Source of the DNA: Macrostomum lignano
Lineage: Eukaryota
Assembly: GCA_002269645.1 (NCBI GenBank)
Contig: NIVC01001103.1
Span: 248,001 to 312,000, forward strand
Direction of reading: 5' to 3'
DNA: 64,000 nt
Shown here: positions 12,715 to 34,900 of the stretch, piece after piece
Position numbering within the stretch: position 1 is the stretch's first letter
How the letters are laid out: every line of letters begins with the position of its first letter
The notes under the pieces: generated by a model
What the model was told of the DNA's origin: nothing
The model's database searches: none
The model's input: only the letters and a program-made list of their open reading frames with translations
Position numbers and translations under genes: made by a program

Positions 12715-14320
12715 ATGAGTGCAAAAGCTCAGAAACGAGTGGAACTCTATGAGAATCACTCGCTCAGAAATGAGTGGAACTCTTTGAGAATCACTCGCTC
12801 AGAGATGAGTGGAACTCTTTGAGAATCACTCACTCAGAGATGAGTGGAACTCTTTGAGAATCACTCGCTCAGAGATGAGTGGAACTCTTTGAGAATCACT
12901 CACTCAGAAATGAGTGGAACTCTGTGAGAATCACTCGATCAGAAATGACTGGAACTCTATGAGAATCACTCGTTCAGAAATGAGTCGAACTCTATATGAG
13001 AATCACTCACTCAGAAATGAGTGGGACTCTTCTCTATGAAAATCACTCGCTCAGAAATGACTGGAACTCTGTGAGAATCACTCGATCAGAAATGACTGGA
13101 ACTCTATGAGAATCACTCGCTCAGAAATGAGTGGGACTCTTCTCTATGAAAATCACTCGCTCAGAAATTACTGGAACTCTATGGGAATCACTCGCTCAGA
13201 AATGACTGGAACTCTATGAGAATCACTCGCTCAGAAATGACTGGAACTCTATGAGAATCACTCGCTCAGAAATGACTGGAACTCTATGAGAATCACTCGC
13301 TCAGAAATGACTGGAACTCTATGAGAATCACTCGCTCAGAAATGACTGGAACTCTATGAGAATCACTCGCTCAGAAATGACTGGAACTCTATGAGAATCA
13401 CTCGCTCAGAAATGACTGGAACTCTATGAGAATCACTCGCTCAGAAATGACTGGAACTCTATGAGAATCACTCGCTCAGAAATGACTGGAACTCTATGAG
13501 AATCACTCGCTCAGAAATGACTGGAACTCTATGAGAATCACTCGCTCAGAAATGACTGGAACTCTATGAGAATCACTCGCTCAGAAATGACTGGAACTCT
13601 ATGAGAATCACTCGCTCAGAAATGACTGGAACTCTATGAGAATCACTCGCTCAGAAATGACTGGAACTCTATGAGAATCACTCGCTCAGAAATGACTGGA
13701 ACTCTATGAGAATCACTCGCTCAGAAATGACTGGAACTCTATGAGAATCACTCGCTCAGAAATGACTGGAACTCTATGAGAATCACTCGCTCAGAAATGA
13801 CTGGAACTCTATGAGAATCACTCGCTCAGAAATGACTGGAACTCTATGAGAATCACTCGCTCAGAAATGACTGGAACTCTATGAGAATCACTCGCTCAGA
13901 AATGACTGGAACTCTATGAGAATCACTCGCTCAGAAATTACTGGAACTCTATGAGAATCACTCGCTCAGAAATTACTGGAACTCTATGAGAATCACTCGC
14001 TCAGAAATGAGAGGGACTCTTCTCTATGAAAATCACTCGTTTAGAAATGACTGGAACTCTGTGAGAATCACTCGCTCAGAAATGACTGGAACTCTGTGAG
14101 AATCACTCGCTCAGAAATGACTGGAACTCTATGAGAATCACTCGCTCAGAAATGAGAGGGACTCTTCTCTATGAAAATCACTCGTTTAGAAATGACTGGA
14201 ACTCTGTGAGAATCACTCGCTCAGAAATGACTGGATTCTGGAACTCTGTGAGAATCACTCGCTCAGAAATGACTGGATTCTGGAACTCTGTGAGAATCAC
14301 TCGCTCAGAAATGAGTGGAA
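12715..14320. repeat. 35-bp minisatellite (GAGAATCACTCGCTCAGAAATGACTGGAACTCTAT)n
   Basis: About 46 copies; homogeneous centre, diverged ends; no spacers. Confidence 0.97.
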
Positions 14321-14399
14321 CCAAAATAGCAGTGAATTTTTTGTCTTAGCTTTCGCTCTTCCGGTTCAACAGCTTAAGCATCTTTTTCCCCCAGAGAAA

Positions 14400-14465
14400 A
14401 ATGCTGACGAAATCTGATTCGAACTCGCGCACTTACAAAGTGTAACTTCTACCCAGCAACTATAA
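14400..14465 (-). pseudogene. possible decayed tRNA-like / SINE head
   Basis: Minus strand has B-box GAGTTCGAATC (14416-14426) and a weak A-box TAGTTGCTGGGTAGA upstream; cloverleaf not recoverable. Confidence 0.35.
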
Positions 14466-15674
14466 GGGAGCTGCCCCTAGGTGGGATGACTATTTCGTCA
14501 GTTTCAGGCTATTCACGATCTTGCACGATTCACGTGGGACCGCCCAAGGCTAAAAATATCACGGCACATCCTCCATCACCCTGGCATACAACGAGAGACG
14601 AGAGCAGGAACCACCCCAACTCCCAGAGCCACTCCGATCAAGAATCATATAGAAATGTGAAACAGGCAAATAAATATCAGCCAGCCGTGACGTGGCCCAA
14701 TGCCAATATATTTCGCACCCGACACCGGATGCCTGACCTTTAGTCGAAAGATTAAGAAAAAATCTCTCTTTTTTACTAAAATAGGAAAGAAGCGATTTCG
14801 TCTCCGCGGCGTGGGTGGGCGGAGAGTAGGACTGCTCTACTGAGTCTGCCTGCTTCAACAGACTCCCAGCTTAGACAGAAGGACAATGTACTTTGAACAA
14901 GCAATGCAGAAGTCTGGCTGCAGAGAGCTAATCCTGCAGCTTAGATGACGAAACTGCACAAATAAGCCATTTGTAAATGAAGGGAAAGCTTTAGCACGAC
15001 CGGACTGGGTGGGGAACAACACGAGGTCGGCCTTGGAGACGCCCGGGGGTTGGGCATAGGTTGGTGGAGGCAATGGAGGGGCGTTCTGTACGACTGAATG
15101 TCCAAGGGACGAGGGTTTGAAGCGCCGCCAACCAATGGGAAGCTGCTGTTCAGTGTACAGAGAGGGAGAGAGAAGCGTGAAGGAAAGAACAAGGGGAAGG
15201 GGAGTTCTCACCCAACCCCCCCCAGGAGCTTATTCACGAGGGGCTATTTTAGCACATGGGGTCTGCAACTGCATGCTTTGGTTCCACACAGCCCCCCCTC
15301 CCCCCTGTTCAACCGCCGAAGCCGCAAGAAGCCAGCAGTCAGGAGCAGCAGAGCAAACACGTTTCAGTCGCTCGTGTGTTCTGGCAAACCTTCCAAGTAA
15401 ATTGGTTGCTTGGATTGCATCTTCGCTTTGAAATATTAAGCCAAGAAGTTCTATATTGGTAAGCCAGTCAGCTGTTGCATTCCATTTTTTACTGTTATTA
15501 ATCTATGTAATGCTTTTAGCTTTGGCTTCTGCGACTTTCTGCATGCAAAATTGCAATGTGATGCCTGATAGCATGCTATACTGGCTTTTGTAACGTATGC
15601 TTCTTCTAAGTGAATTCGATTCGCATTCGAAACAGTGCAATCTGGTCCCGACCGCTCGCTCTGTCTGTCTAGAA

Positions 15675-16476
15675 CAGGGGTCGGCAACTCCTGCCCGCAA
15701 AGCCTCTGTATCCGGCCCTCGGGTCCTTTGAAACTTCACAATAGCTCAATGTTCATATAGCTTCTCAGCGTTCTTCTCTCTAATCTCCTCTCTTCTCTCC
15801 TCTCTCTCCCCTCCTCTCTTCTCTTCTATTCTCTTTCTCCTCTCTCCTCTCCTTTCTCTCCTCTCCTCTCTCTCCTCTCCTCTCTTCTTTTCTCTTCTCC
15901 TCTCCTCTCTCTCCTCTCTTCTCTCTCCTCTCTCTCCTCTCTTCTCTCTCCTCTCTCCTCTCTTCTATCTCCTCTCTCTCCTCTCTTCTTTTCTCTCCTC
16001 TCTCTCCTCTCTTCTCTCTCCTCTCTCTCCTCTCTTCTCTCTCCTCTCTCCTCTCTTCTCTCTCCTCTCTCCTCTCTTCTCTCTCCTCTTTCTCCTCTCT
16101 TCTCTCTCCTCTCTCCTCTCTCCTCTCTTCTCTCTCCTCTCTCTCCTCCCCTCTCCTCGCCTCCCCTCTCCTCTCTCTCTCCTCTCTCCTCTCCTCTCCT
16201 CTCATCTCCTCTCCTCTATTCTCTCCTCCTCTCTACTCTCCCCTTTCTCCTCCCCTCTCCTCTCTCTCTCCTCTCTGTCCTCTCCTGTCCTCTCCTCTCT
16301 CATCTTCTCTCTTCTCCTTTATCATCTTCCTTCTTCTCTCTCTTCTCTATTTCTCCTCTTTCTCTTCTCTTCTCTCCTCTTCTCTATTCCCTCTCCTCTC
16401 TCCCCTTCTCCAGCCCGGAGTCATGCTCTATATTCTCTATCTAGCCCTCGAGGTAAAAAAACTTTGCCGACCCCTG
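15675..16476. mobile_element. hAT/Charlie-like MITE with internal CT-rich microsatellite (15780-16410)
   Basis: 13-bp TIRs CAGGGGTCGGCAA / TTGCCGACCCCTG. Left flank GTCTAGAA matches the NTCTAGAN Charlie-type target; right flank TTCTAAGC only partly matches. Confidence 0.8.
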
Positions 16477-17055
16477 TTCTAAGCAAATAACTCCCGTTTG
16501 ATGCAGCCAATTTCGATAATCTCAGTTTCATTTTAAAGCTGATTAAAGTCTGCATAACAGGCTTGAATAGCAAAAACATTCAAGATGGCAGTTTTTGTAT
16601 TAGTACTCTGTAAACTTTGAAAATTAGCAGATTTCATCTCTCAATGCTTTCATGATTCAACTAGAATTGATTCCTTCCAAGCATACTTTTGTTAAAATAG
16701 GAATATTTTAACTGTGGAGAGTTCGTTCCTAAAAGTAGCCAACACAAGGTGGCGAAAGACACTGCAATGTCATATCGGAAATTTTTTCTATATACATGTA
16801 GTATAGAAATTCTGTGCAATTCGCACATGCAGACGGAAGCCGGTTTATGCGACACACACACACACACAGTAAAGGAACCAGTTCTTCTTCTTTGACTTAT
16901 CTCGGCTGCCCTAGTGTAGCAGTCTGACAATGTTGTAGAATAACTTATAGCAGTTGAATTCAATCACCCGCATAGATTAGGACACCATTGATAGAAGATC
17001 CGCCCCTCACCAGTCTAACAACACAAATTAATCCGCGGCATTCTCACAGATCAAA

Positions 17056-26876
<9,821 letters not shown>

Positions 26877-27128
26877 AACTACTGATTAAATTAGTAGTAA
26901 AATACGTTTTTGGACAGATATTGATAGAAGCGAGGTAAAATATTTTGCATCAACAGTAGAACTGCCAAACTGGCGGAACAATGCGTCACCTTCAAAACTT
27001 TCGAATATTTGAGGCAAGAATTGTGAGGCAGGAGTTTTGTTGATGCACAATTTGTTCGAGATAGTAAAACTACCAATATTATGCCTACTACTTAAATTGT
27101 ACTTGAATCAGTCTAGAAGGAATAATAC

Positions 27129-27134
27129 AATAAA
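27129..27134 (+). promoter_or_regulatory. candidate polyadenylation signal of the SLC1 gene
   Basis: AATAAA about 250 nt after the stop codon. Confidence 0.45.
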
Positions 27135-27236
27135 AATATTAGTAGAACACAAAAATTTGCCTGAACTTTATCCTGTCAAACCGACCGATCGTTTGAATCT
27201 TTTGCAAGTGTACGCGTCGATCTACTTGTACTTAGG

Positions 27237-27455
27237 CAGGGATAACTTCGGTCCGCGAAGCCTCTCTATCAGGCCCTCGGCCCTTTGAAACTTTGAAACA
27301 AAAGTAATCCCGTCCGCACAAGGTTGGTGTTTCAGTGTTTCTTCTCTCTCCCCTGCTCTCATCTTCTTTATTCCCTGGACTCTCCCTCTGCCCCGCAGTC
27401 ATTATCTAGGTTCTCTACGTGACCTTTGAGGCCAAAAAAGGTTTGCAGACTTCAA
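27237..27455 (+). mobile_element. decayed short copy of the 15675-16476 MITE
   Basis: GAAGCCTCTCTATCAGGCCCTCGGCCCTTTGAAACTT matches AAAGCCTCTGTATCCGGCCCTCGGGTCCTTTGAAACTT; right end GAGGCCAAAAAAGGTTTGCAGAC matches GAGGTAAAAAAACTTTGCCGAC. Confidence 0.7.
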
Positions 27456-28902
27456 ATGATTCGTACAGCAGCTTTAAACAGGTCGGACATTGTGGCAACT
27501 GCTTGATCTCAATTATTTATTTTATTTAACTATGAAAATATAAATGCGACTTAAGGTCTCGCTACTGAAAGTAGGCTGTTCAAGTCACTTTTTTCTCAAT
27601 GGGCCATCGGTGTGTTGCACAGTACTTGTAATTTTGTTTCTGACTGAAAGCTTGATTTGTAATTTAATTCTCACCTGAAGTTTTCTCCTTAAATTTAGCG
27701 AAGCTGTTAGTTAATAGACAGGCGAGCTCAAGTTCAGCGTGTGTTTCTGCCTCAATTCTTTCCTTCAGCTTTAGCAATAATTCAACTTTATAATCTGGCT
27801 TTCCCCCGAGGCAATCTTTAAGCTTTGATTCGACTCGCAATCGCTATAATATTTTTATTACTATAATCAATGCAAAGTTTTAATTTTTCAATATTTTAAT
27901 TAATATCAATGTCCCAGAGTACTTTTACTTTTCCCCCAAACCTTTTGGGTGTGACGGTATATTAATTTTATTAATCGTTGTGAACTTTGCGCATGTGTAC
28001 GAGTAACCTGCTGCTGTTTAAATGGCCTAGTCAGTCTGTTCCTTCCTTGTTTGTCTTCTAATCTTGTTTATCAGTTGATTTTGTGTCCCCTTGCACACTT
28101 TGTACCAATGACCACTGTAGTATTACAGGGCGTAAAAATTCAAGATCGGTAATTTTTAGGTATACAGAAAACAACAGTAACATGCTGCATTGAATAGCAA
28201 CATTCGCTGCCCCAGATCAAAGGCAATCATTGATTTTGTGATGAATAAATGATTGTTTCCTATCTCCGCAGCGATTTTTCCCAGGAAACTGGCTTTTTAA
28301 AAACTACACGATCTTTGAGTTTTACTTACTGTTATACAACAGTGGTCCTTGATTTATACAAGCATACGCATGGCAATTTGACCAATACTACTTACATTAC
28401 TATATTATCGGCTAATAATAATATTATTAATGATATTTGATTTTGGATTTTAACACAAGCATGCCAAAATAACAAACCCACTACAGCAATAATGCGCCTG
28501 CTAAAAAAAAATAATTTATCCGGCTCCCCCCCCGTCAGGCCGTCAGGTACTTAAAAATTGTTTTTCTTTAATTTTCACTTGCAATTTGACAAATATTTTT
28601 TGTTAAGCTTTTAGCTTACTTGATTGGTGCATTATGTCAGTTTTTCTGTGTCAATGTGTGTTTGATGAATCGCAATAACCCAAACATCTTGTTGGAATCT
28701 ATATTTTAAGCTGTTTGCTAATTGTTATAGCTGCCCTCATTGGCTTGTCTTTTTTGTGGTGGACAATAAAAAAACTTGCAGATAAACAAAGCTGTTTTAA
28801 AATGCCTTTAAATCTGCTCGCCTATTTAAAGGCGTGTGCGAATGAAAATTAATTTTGCTGATGCTTCCACAGCAGCAGCTATACTGATACTTCTCACTCA
28901 AT

Positions 28903-31900
28903 GCTCATATCGGGGATTTCATATCTCCGACACTTCAGTTTAACAGTTTTTATCTCAAATCCAAAACTTCATATCTCCGGTTAGGGTTGGCGTTAAGCTT
29001 GTCGGAAATATGAAGTGTCGCAGATATGAAGACTCAGAGATATGATTATGCAGTGTCGGTAATATGAAGACTCGGAGATATGATTATCCAGTGTCGGATA
29101 TGAAGTGTCGGAGATGTGAAGCTCGGAGATATGAAGTGTCGGAGATATGAAGTGTCGGAGATAAGAAGTGTCGAAGATATGAAGTGTCAGATATGAAATC
29201 TTGGAGATATGAAGCTTAGAGGTATGAAGCTCGGAGATATGAAGCTCGGAGATATGAAGTGTCGCAGATATGTAGTGTCATATATGAAGTGTCGAGATAT
29301 GAAGCTCGGAGGCATGAAGTGTCGGAGATATGAAGCTCGGAGGTATGAAGTGTCGGAGATATGAAGCTCGGAGGTATGAAGTGTCGGAAATATGAAGCTC
29401 GGAGATATGAAGCTCGGAGGTATGAAGTGTCGGAGATATGAAGCTCGGAGATATGAAGCTCGGAGATATGAAGCTCGGAGATATGAAGTGTCGCAGATAT
29501 GAAGCTCTTAGATATGAAGTGTCGCAGATATGAAGCTCGGAGATATGAAGTGTCGATATGAAGTGTCGGAGATATGAAGTGTCAGATATGAAGTGTCAGA
29601 TATGAAGTCTTGGAGATATGAAGTGTCAGATATGAAGTGTCGGAGATATGAAGTGTCAGATATGAAGTGTCGGAGATATGAAGCTCGGAGATATGAAGCT
29701 CGGAGGTATGAAGTGTCGGAGATATGAAGCTCGGAGATATGAAGTGTCGGAGATATGAAGTGTCAGATATGAAGCTCGGAGATATGAAGTGTCGGAGATA
29801 TGAAGTGTCAGATATGAAGCTTGGAGATATGTAGTGTCATATATGAAGTGTCGGAGATATGAAGTGTCGGAGATATGAAGTGTCAGATATGAAGCTTGGA
29901 GATATGAAGCTCGGAAATATAAAGCTTGGAGATATGAAGTGTCAGAGATATGAAGTGTCGTATATGAAGTGTCGGAGATATGAAGTCTTGGAGATATGAA
30001 GTGTCGGAGATATGAAGTCTTGGAGATATGAAGCTTGGAGATATGAAGTGTCGGAGATATGAAGTGTCGTATATGAAGTGTCGGAGATATGAAGTCTTGG
30101 AGATATGAAGTGTCGGAGATATGAAGCTCGGAGATATGAAGCTTGGAGATATGAAGTGTCGGAGATATGAAGCTCGGAGGTATGAAGTGTCGGAGATATG
30201 AAGTCTTGGAGATATGAAGTGTCGGAGATATGAAGTCTTGGAGATATGAAGTGTCGGAGATATGAAGTCTTGGAGATATGAAGTGTCGGAGATATGAAGC
30301 TTGGAGATATGAAGTGTCGGAGATATGAAGCTCGGAGATATGAAGCTCGGAGATATGAAGCTCGGAGATATGAAGCTCGGAGATATGAAGCTCGGAGATA
30401 TGAAGCTCGGAGATATGAAGCTCGGAGATATGAAGCTCGGAGATATGAAGCTCGGAGGTATGAAGTGTCGGAGATATGAAGTGTCGGAGATGTGAAGCTC
30501 GGAGATATGAAGCTCGGAGATATGAAGCTCGGAGGTATGAAGTGTCGGAGATATGAAGTGTCGGAGATATGAAGTGTCGTATATGAAGTGTCGGAGATAT
30601 GAAGCTCGGAGATATGAAGCTTGGAGATATGAAGCTCGGAGATATGAAGCTCGGAGATATGAAGTGTCGTATATGAAGTGTCGGAGATATGAAGCTCGGA
30701 GATATGAAGCTCGGAGATATGAAGCTCGGAGATATGAAGCTTGGAGATATGAAGCTCGGAGATATGAAGCTCGGAGATATGAAGCTTGGAGATATGAAGC
30801 TCTGAGGTATGAAGTGTCGGAGATGTGAAGTGTCGGAGATGTGAAGCTCGGAGATATGAAGTGTCGTATATGAAGTGTCGGAGATATGAAGTCTTGGAGA
30901 TATGAAGTGTCGGAGATATGAAGCTCGGAGATATGAAGCTTGGAGATATGAAGCTCGGAGATATGAAGCTCGGAGATATGAAGCTCGGAGATATGAAGCT
31001 CGGAGATATGAAGCTCGGAGATATGAAGCTCGGAGATATGAAGCTCGTAGATATGAAGCTCGGAGGTATGAAGTGTCGGAGATATGAAGTGTCGGAGATG
31101 TGAAGCTCGGAGATATGAAGTGTCGTATATGAAGTGTCGGAGATATGAAGTCTTGGAGATATGAAGTGTCGGAGATATGAAGCTCGGAGATATGAAGCTT
31201 GGAGATATGAAGCTCGGAGATATGAAGCTCGGAGATATGAAGCTCGGAGATATGAAGCTCGGAGATATGAAGCTCGGAGGTATGAAGCTCGGAGATATGA
31301 AGTGTCGGAGATGTGAAGCTCGGAGATATGAAGTGTCGGAGATATGAAGTGTCGGAGATGTGAAGCTCGGAGATATGAAGTGTCGTATATGAAGTGTCGG
31401 AGATATGAAGTCTTGGAGATATGAAGTGTCGGAGATATGAAGTCTTGGAGATATGAAGTGTCGGAGATATGAAGTCTTGGAGATATGAAGTGTCGGAGAT
31501 ATGAAGCTTGGAGATATGAAGCTCGGAGATATGAAGCTCGGAGATATGAAGTGTCGGAGATGTGAAGCTCAGAGATATGAAGTGTCGTATATGAAGTGTC
31601 GGAGATATGAAGTCTTGGAGATATGAAGTGTCGGAGATATGAAGTCTTGGAGATATGAAGTGTCGGAGATATGAAGTGTCGAAGATATGAAGTGTCAGAT
31701 ATGAAATCTTGGAGATATGAAGCTTAGAGGTATGAAGCTCGGAGATATGAAGCTCGGAGATATGAAGTGTCGCAGATATGTAGTGTCATATATGAAGTGT
31801 CGAGATATGAAGCTCGGAGGCATGAAGTGTCGGAGATATGAAGCTCGGAGGTATGAAGTGTCGGAGATATGAAGCTCGGAGGTATGAAGTGTCGGAAATA

Positions 31901-34900
31901 TGAAGCTCGGAGATATGAAGCTCGGAGGTATGAAGTGTCGGAGATATGAAGCTCGGAGATATGAAGCTCGGAGATATGAAGCTCGGAGATATGAAGTGTC
32001 GCAGATATAAAGCTCTTAGATATGAAGTGTCGCAGATATGAAGCTCGGAGATATGAAGTGTCGATATGAAGTGTCGGAGATATGAAGTGTCAGATATGAA
32101 GTGTCAGATATGAAGTCTTGGAGATATGAAGTGTCAGATATGAAGTGTCGGAGATATGAAGTGTCAGATATGAAGTGTCGGAGATATGAAGCTCGGAGAT
32201 ATGAAGCTCGGGGGTATGAAGTGTCGGAGATATGAAGCTCGGAGATATGAAGTGTCGGAGATATGAAGTGTCAGATATGAAGCTCGGAGATATGAAGTGT
32301 CGGAGATATGAAGTGTCAGATATGAAGCTTGGAGATATGTAGTGTCATATATGAAGTGTCGGAGATATGAAGTGTCGGAGATATGAAGTGTCAGATATGA
32401 AGCTTGGAGATATGAAGCTCGGAGATATGAAGCTTGGAGATATGAAGTGTCAGAGATATGAAGTGTCGTATATGAAGTGTCGGAGATATGAAGTGTCAGA
32501 TATGAAGCTTGGAGATATGAAGCTCGGAGATATGAAGCTTGGAGATATGAAGTGTCAGAGATATGAAGTGTCGTATATGAAGTGTCGGAGATATGAAGTC
32601 TTGGAGATATGAAGTGTCGGAGATATGAAGTCTTGGAGATATGAAGCTTGGAGATATGAAGTGTCAGAGATATGAAGTGTCGTATATGAAGTGTCGGAGA
32701 TATGAAGTCTTGGAGATATGAAGTGTCGGAGATATGAAGCTCGGAGATATGAAGCTTGGAGATATGAAGCTCGGAGATATGAAGCTCGGAGGTATGAAGC
32801 TCGGAGATATGAAGCTCGGAGATATGAAGCTCGGAGGTATGAAGCTCGGAGATATGAAGTGTCGGAGATGTGAAGCTCGGAGATATGAAGTGTCGGAGAT
32901 ATGAAGTGTCGGAGATGTGAAGCTCGGAGATATGAAGTGTCGTATATGAAGTGTCGGAGATATGAAGTCTTGGAGATATGAAGTGTCGGAGATATGAAGT
33001 CTTGGAGATATGAAGTGTCGGAGATATGAAGTCTTGGAGATATGAAGTGTCGGAGATATGAAGCTTGGAGATATGAAGCTCGGAGATATGAAGCTCGGAG
33101 ATATGAAGTGTCGGAGATGTGAAGCTCGGAGATATGAAGTGTCGTATATGAAGTGTCGGAGATATGAAGTCTTGGAGATATGAAGTGTCGGAGATATGAA
33201 GTCTTGGAGATATGAAGTGTCGGAGATATGAAGTGTCGAAGATATGAAGTGTCAGATATGAAATCTTGGAGATATGAAGCTTAGAGGTATGAAGCTCGGA
33301 GATATGAAGCTCGGAGATATGAAGTGTCGCAGATATGTAGTGTCATATATGAAGTGTCGAGATATGAAGCTCGGAGGTATGAAGTGTCGGAGATATGAAG
33401 CTCGGAGGTATGAAGTGTCGGAGATATGAAGCTCGGAGGTATGAAGTGTCGGAAATATGAAGCTCGGAGATATGAAGCTCGGAGGTATGAAGTGTCGGAG
33501 ATATGAAGCTCGGAGATATGAAGCTCGGAGATATGAAGCTCGGAGATATGAAGTGTCGCAGATATGAAGCTCTTAGATATGAAGTGTCGCAGATATGAAG
33601 CTCGGAGATATGAAGTGTCGATATGAAGTGTCGGAGATATGAAGTGTCAGATATGAAGTGTCGTATATGAAGTCTTGGAGATATGAAGTGTCAGATATGA
33701 AGTGTCGGAGATATGAAGTGTCAGATATGAAGTGTCGGAGATATGAAGCTCGGAGATATGAAGCTCGGAGGTATGAAGTGTCGGAGATATGAAGCTCGGA
33801 GATATGAAGTGTCGGAGATATGAAGTGTCAGATATGAAGCTCGGAGATATGAAGTGTCGGAGATATGAAGTGTCAGATATGAAGCTTGGAGATATGTAGT
33901 GTCATATATGAAGTGTCGGAGATATGAAGTGTCGGAGATATGAAGTGTCAGATATGAAGCTTGGAGATATGAAGCTCGGAGATATGAAGCTTGGAGATAT
34001 GAAGTGTCAGAGATATGAAGTGTCGTATATGAAGTGTCGGAGATATGAAGTCTTGGAGATATGAAGTGTCGGAGATATGAAGTCTTGGAGATATGAAGCT
34101 TGGAGATATGAAGTGTCAGAGATATGAAGTGTCGTATATGAAGTGTCGGAGATATGAAGTCTTGGAGATATGAAGTGTCGGAGATATGAAGTCTTGGAGA
34201 TATGAAGCTTGGAGATATGAAGTGTCGGAGATATGAAGTGTCGTATATGAAGTGTCGGAGATATGAAGTCTTGGAGATATGAAGTGTCGGAGATATGAAG
34301 CTCGGAGATATGAAGCTTGGAGATATGAAGTGTCGGAGATATGAAGCTCGGAGGTATGAAGTGTCGGAGATATGAAGTCTTGGAGATATGAAGTGTCGGA
34401 GATATGAAGTCTTGGAGATATGAAGTGTCGGAGATATGAAGTCTTGGAGATATGAAGTGTCGGAGATATGAAGCTTGGAGATATGAAGTGTCGGAGATAT
34501 GAAGCTCGGAGATATGAAGCTCGGAGATATGAAGCTCGGAGATATGAAGCTCGGAGATATGAAGCTCGGAGATATGAAGCTCGGAGATATGAAGCTCGGA
34601 GATATGAAGCTCGGAGATATGAAGCTCGGAGGTATGAAGTGTCGGAGATATGAAGTGTCGGAGATGTGAAGCTCGGAGATATGAAGCTCGGAGATATGAA
34701 GCTCGGAGGTATGAAGTGTCGGAGATATGAAGTGTCGGAGATATGAAGTGTCGTATATGAAGTGTCGGAGATATGAAGCTCGGAGATATGAAGCTTGGAG
34801 ATATGAAGCTCGGAGATATGAAGCTCGGAGATATGAAGTGTCGTATATGAAGTGTCGGAGATATGAAGCTCGGAGATATGAAGCTCGGAGATATGAAGCT

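Noticed and set aside
12715-14320. 35-bp repeats (and the 28-, 34-, 40- and 41-bp arrays) as CRISPR arrays
   Set aside because: Units are head-to-tail with no unique spacers, there are no cas genes, and the context is eukaryotic.
14486-15739. Cluster of 68-118-aa ORFs on both strands
   Set aside because: Overlapping, low-complexity and motif-free; probably unclassified repeat or intergenic DNA.
28978-28990. GGTTAGGGTT as an interstitial telomere
   Set aside because: Only about 1.5 units; better explained as the spacer of the foldback-like element.
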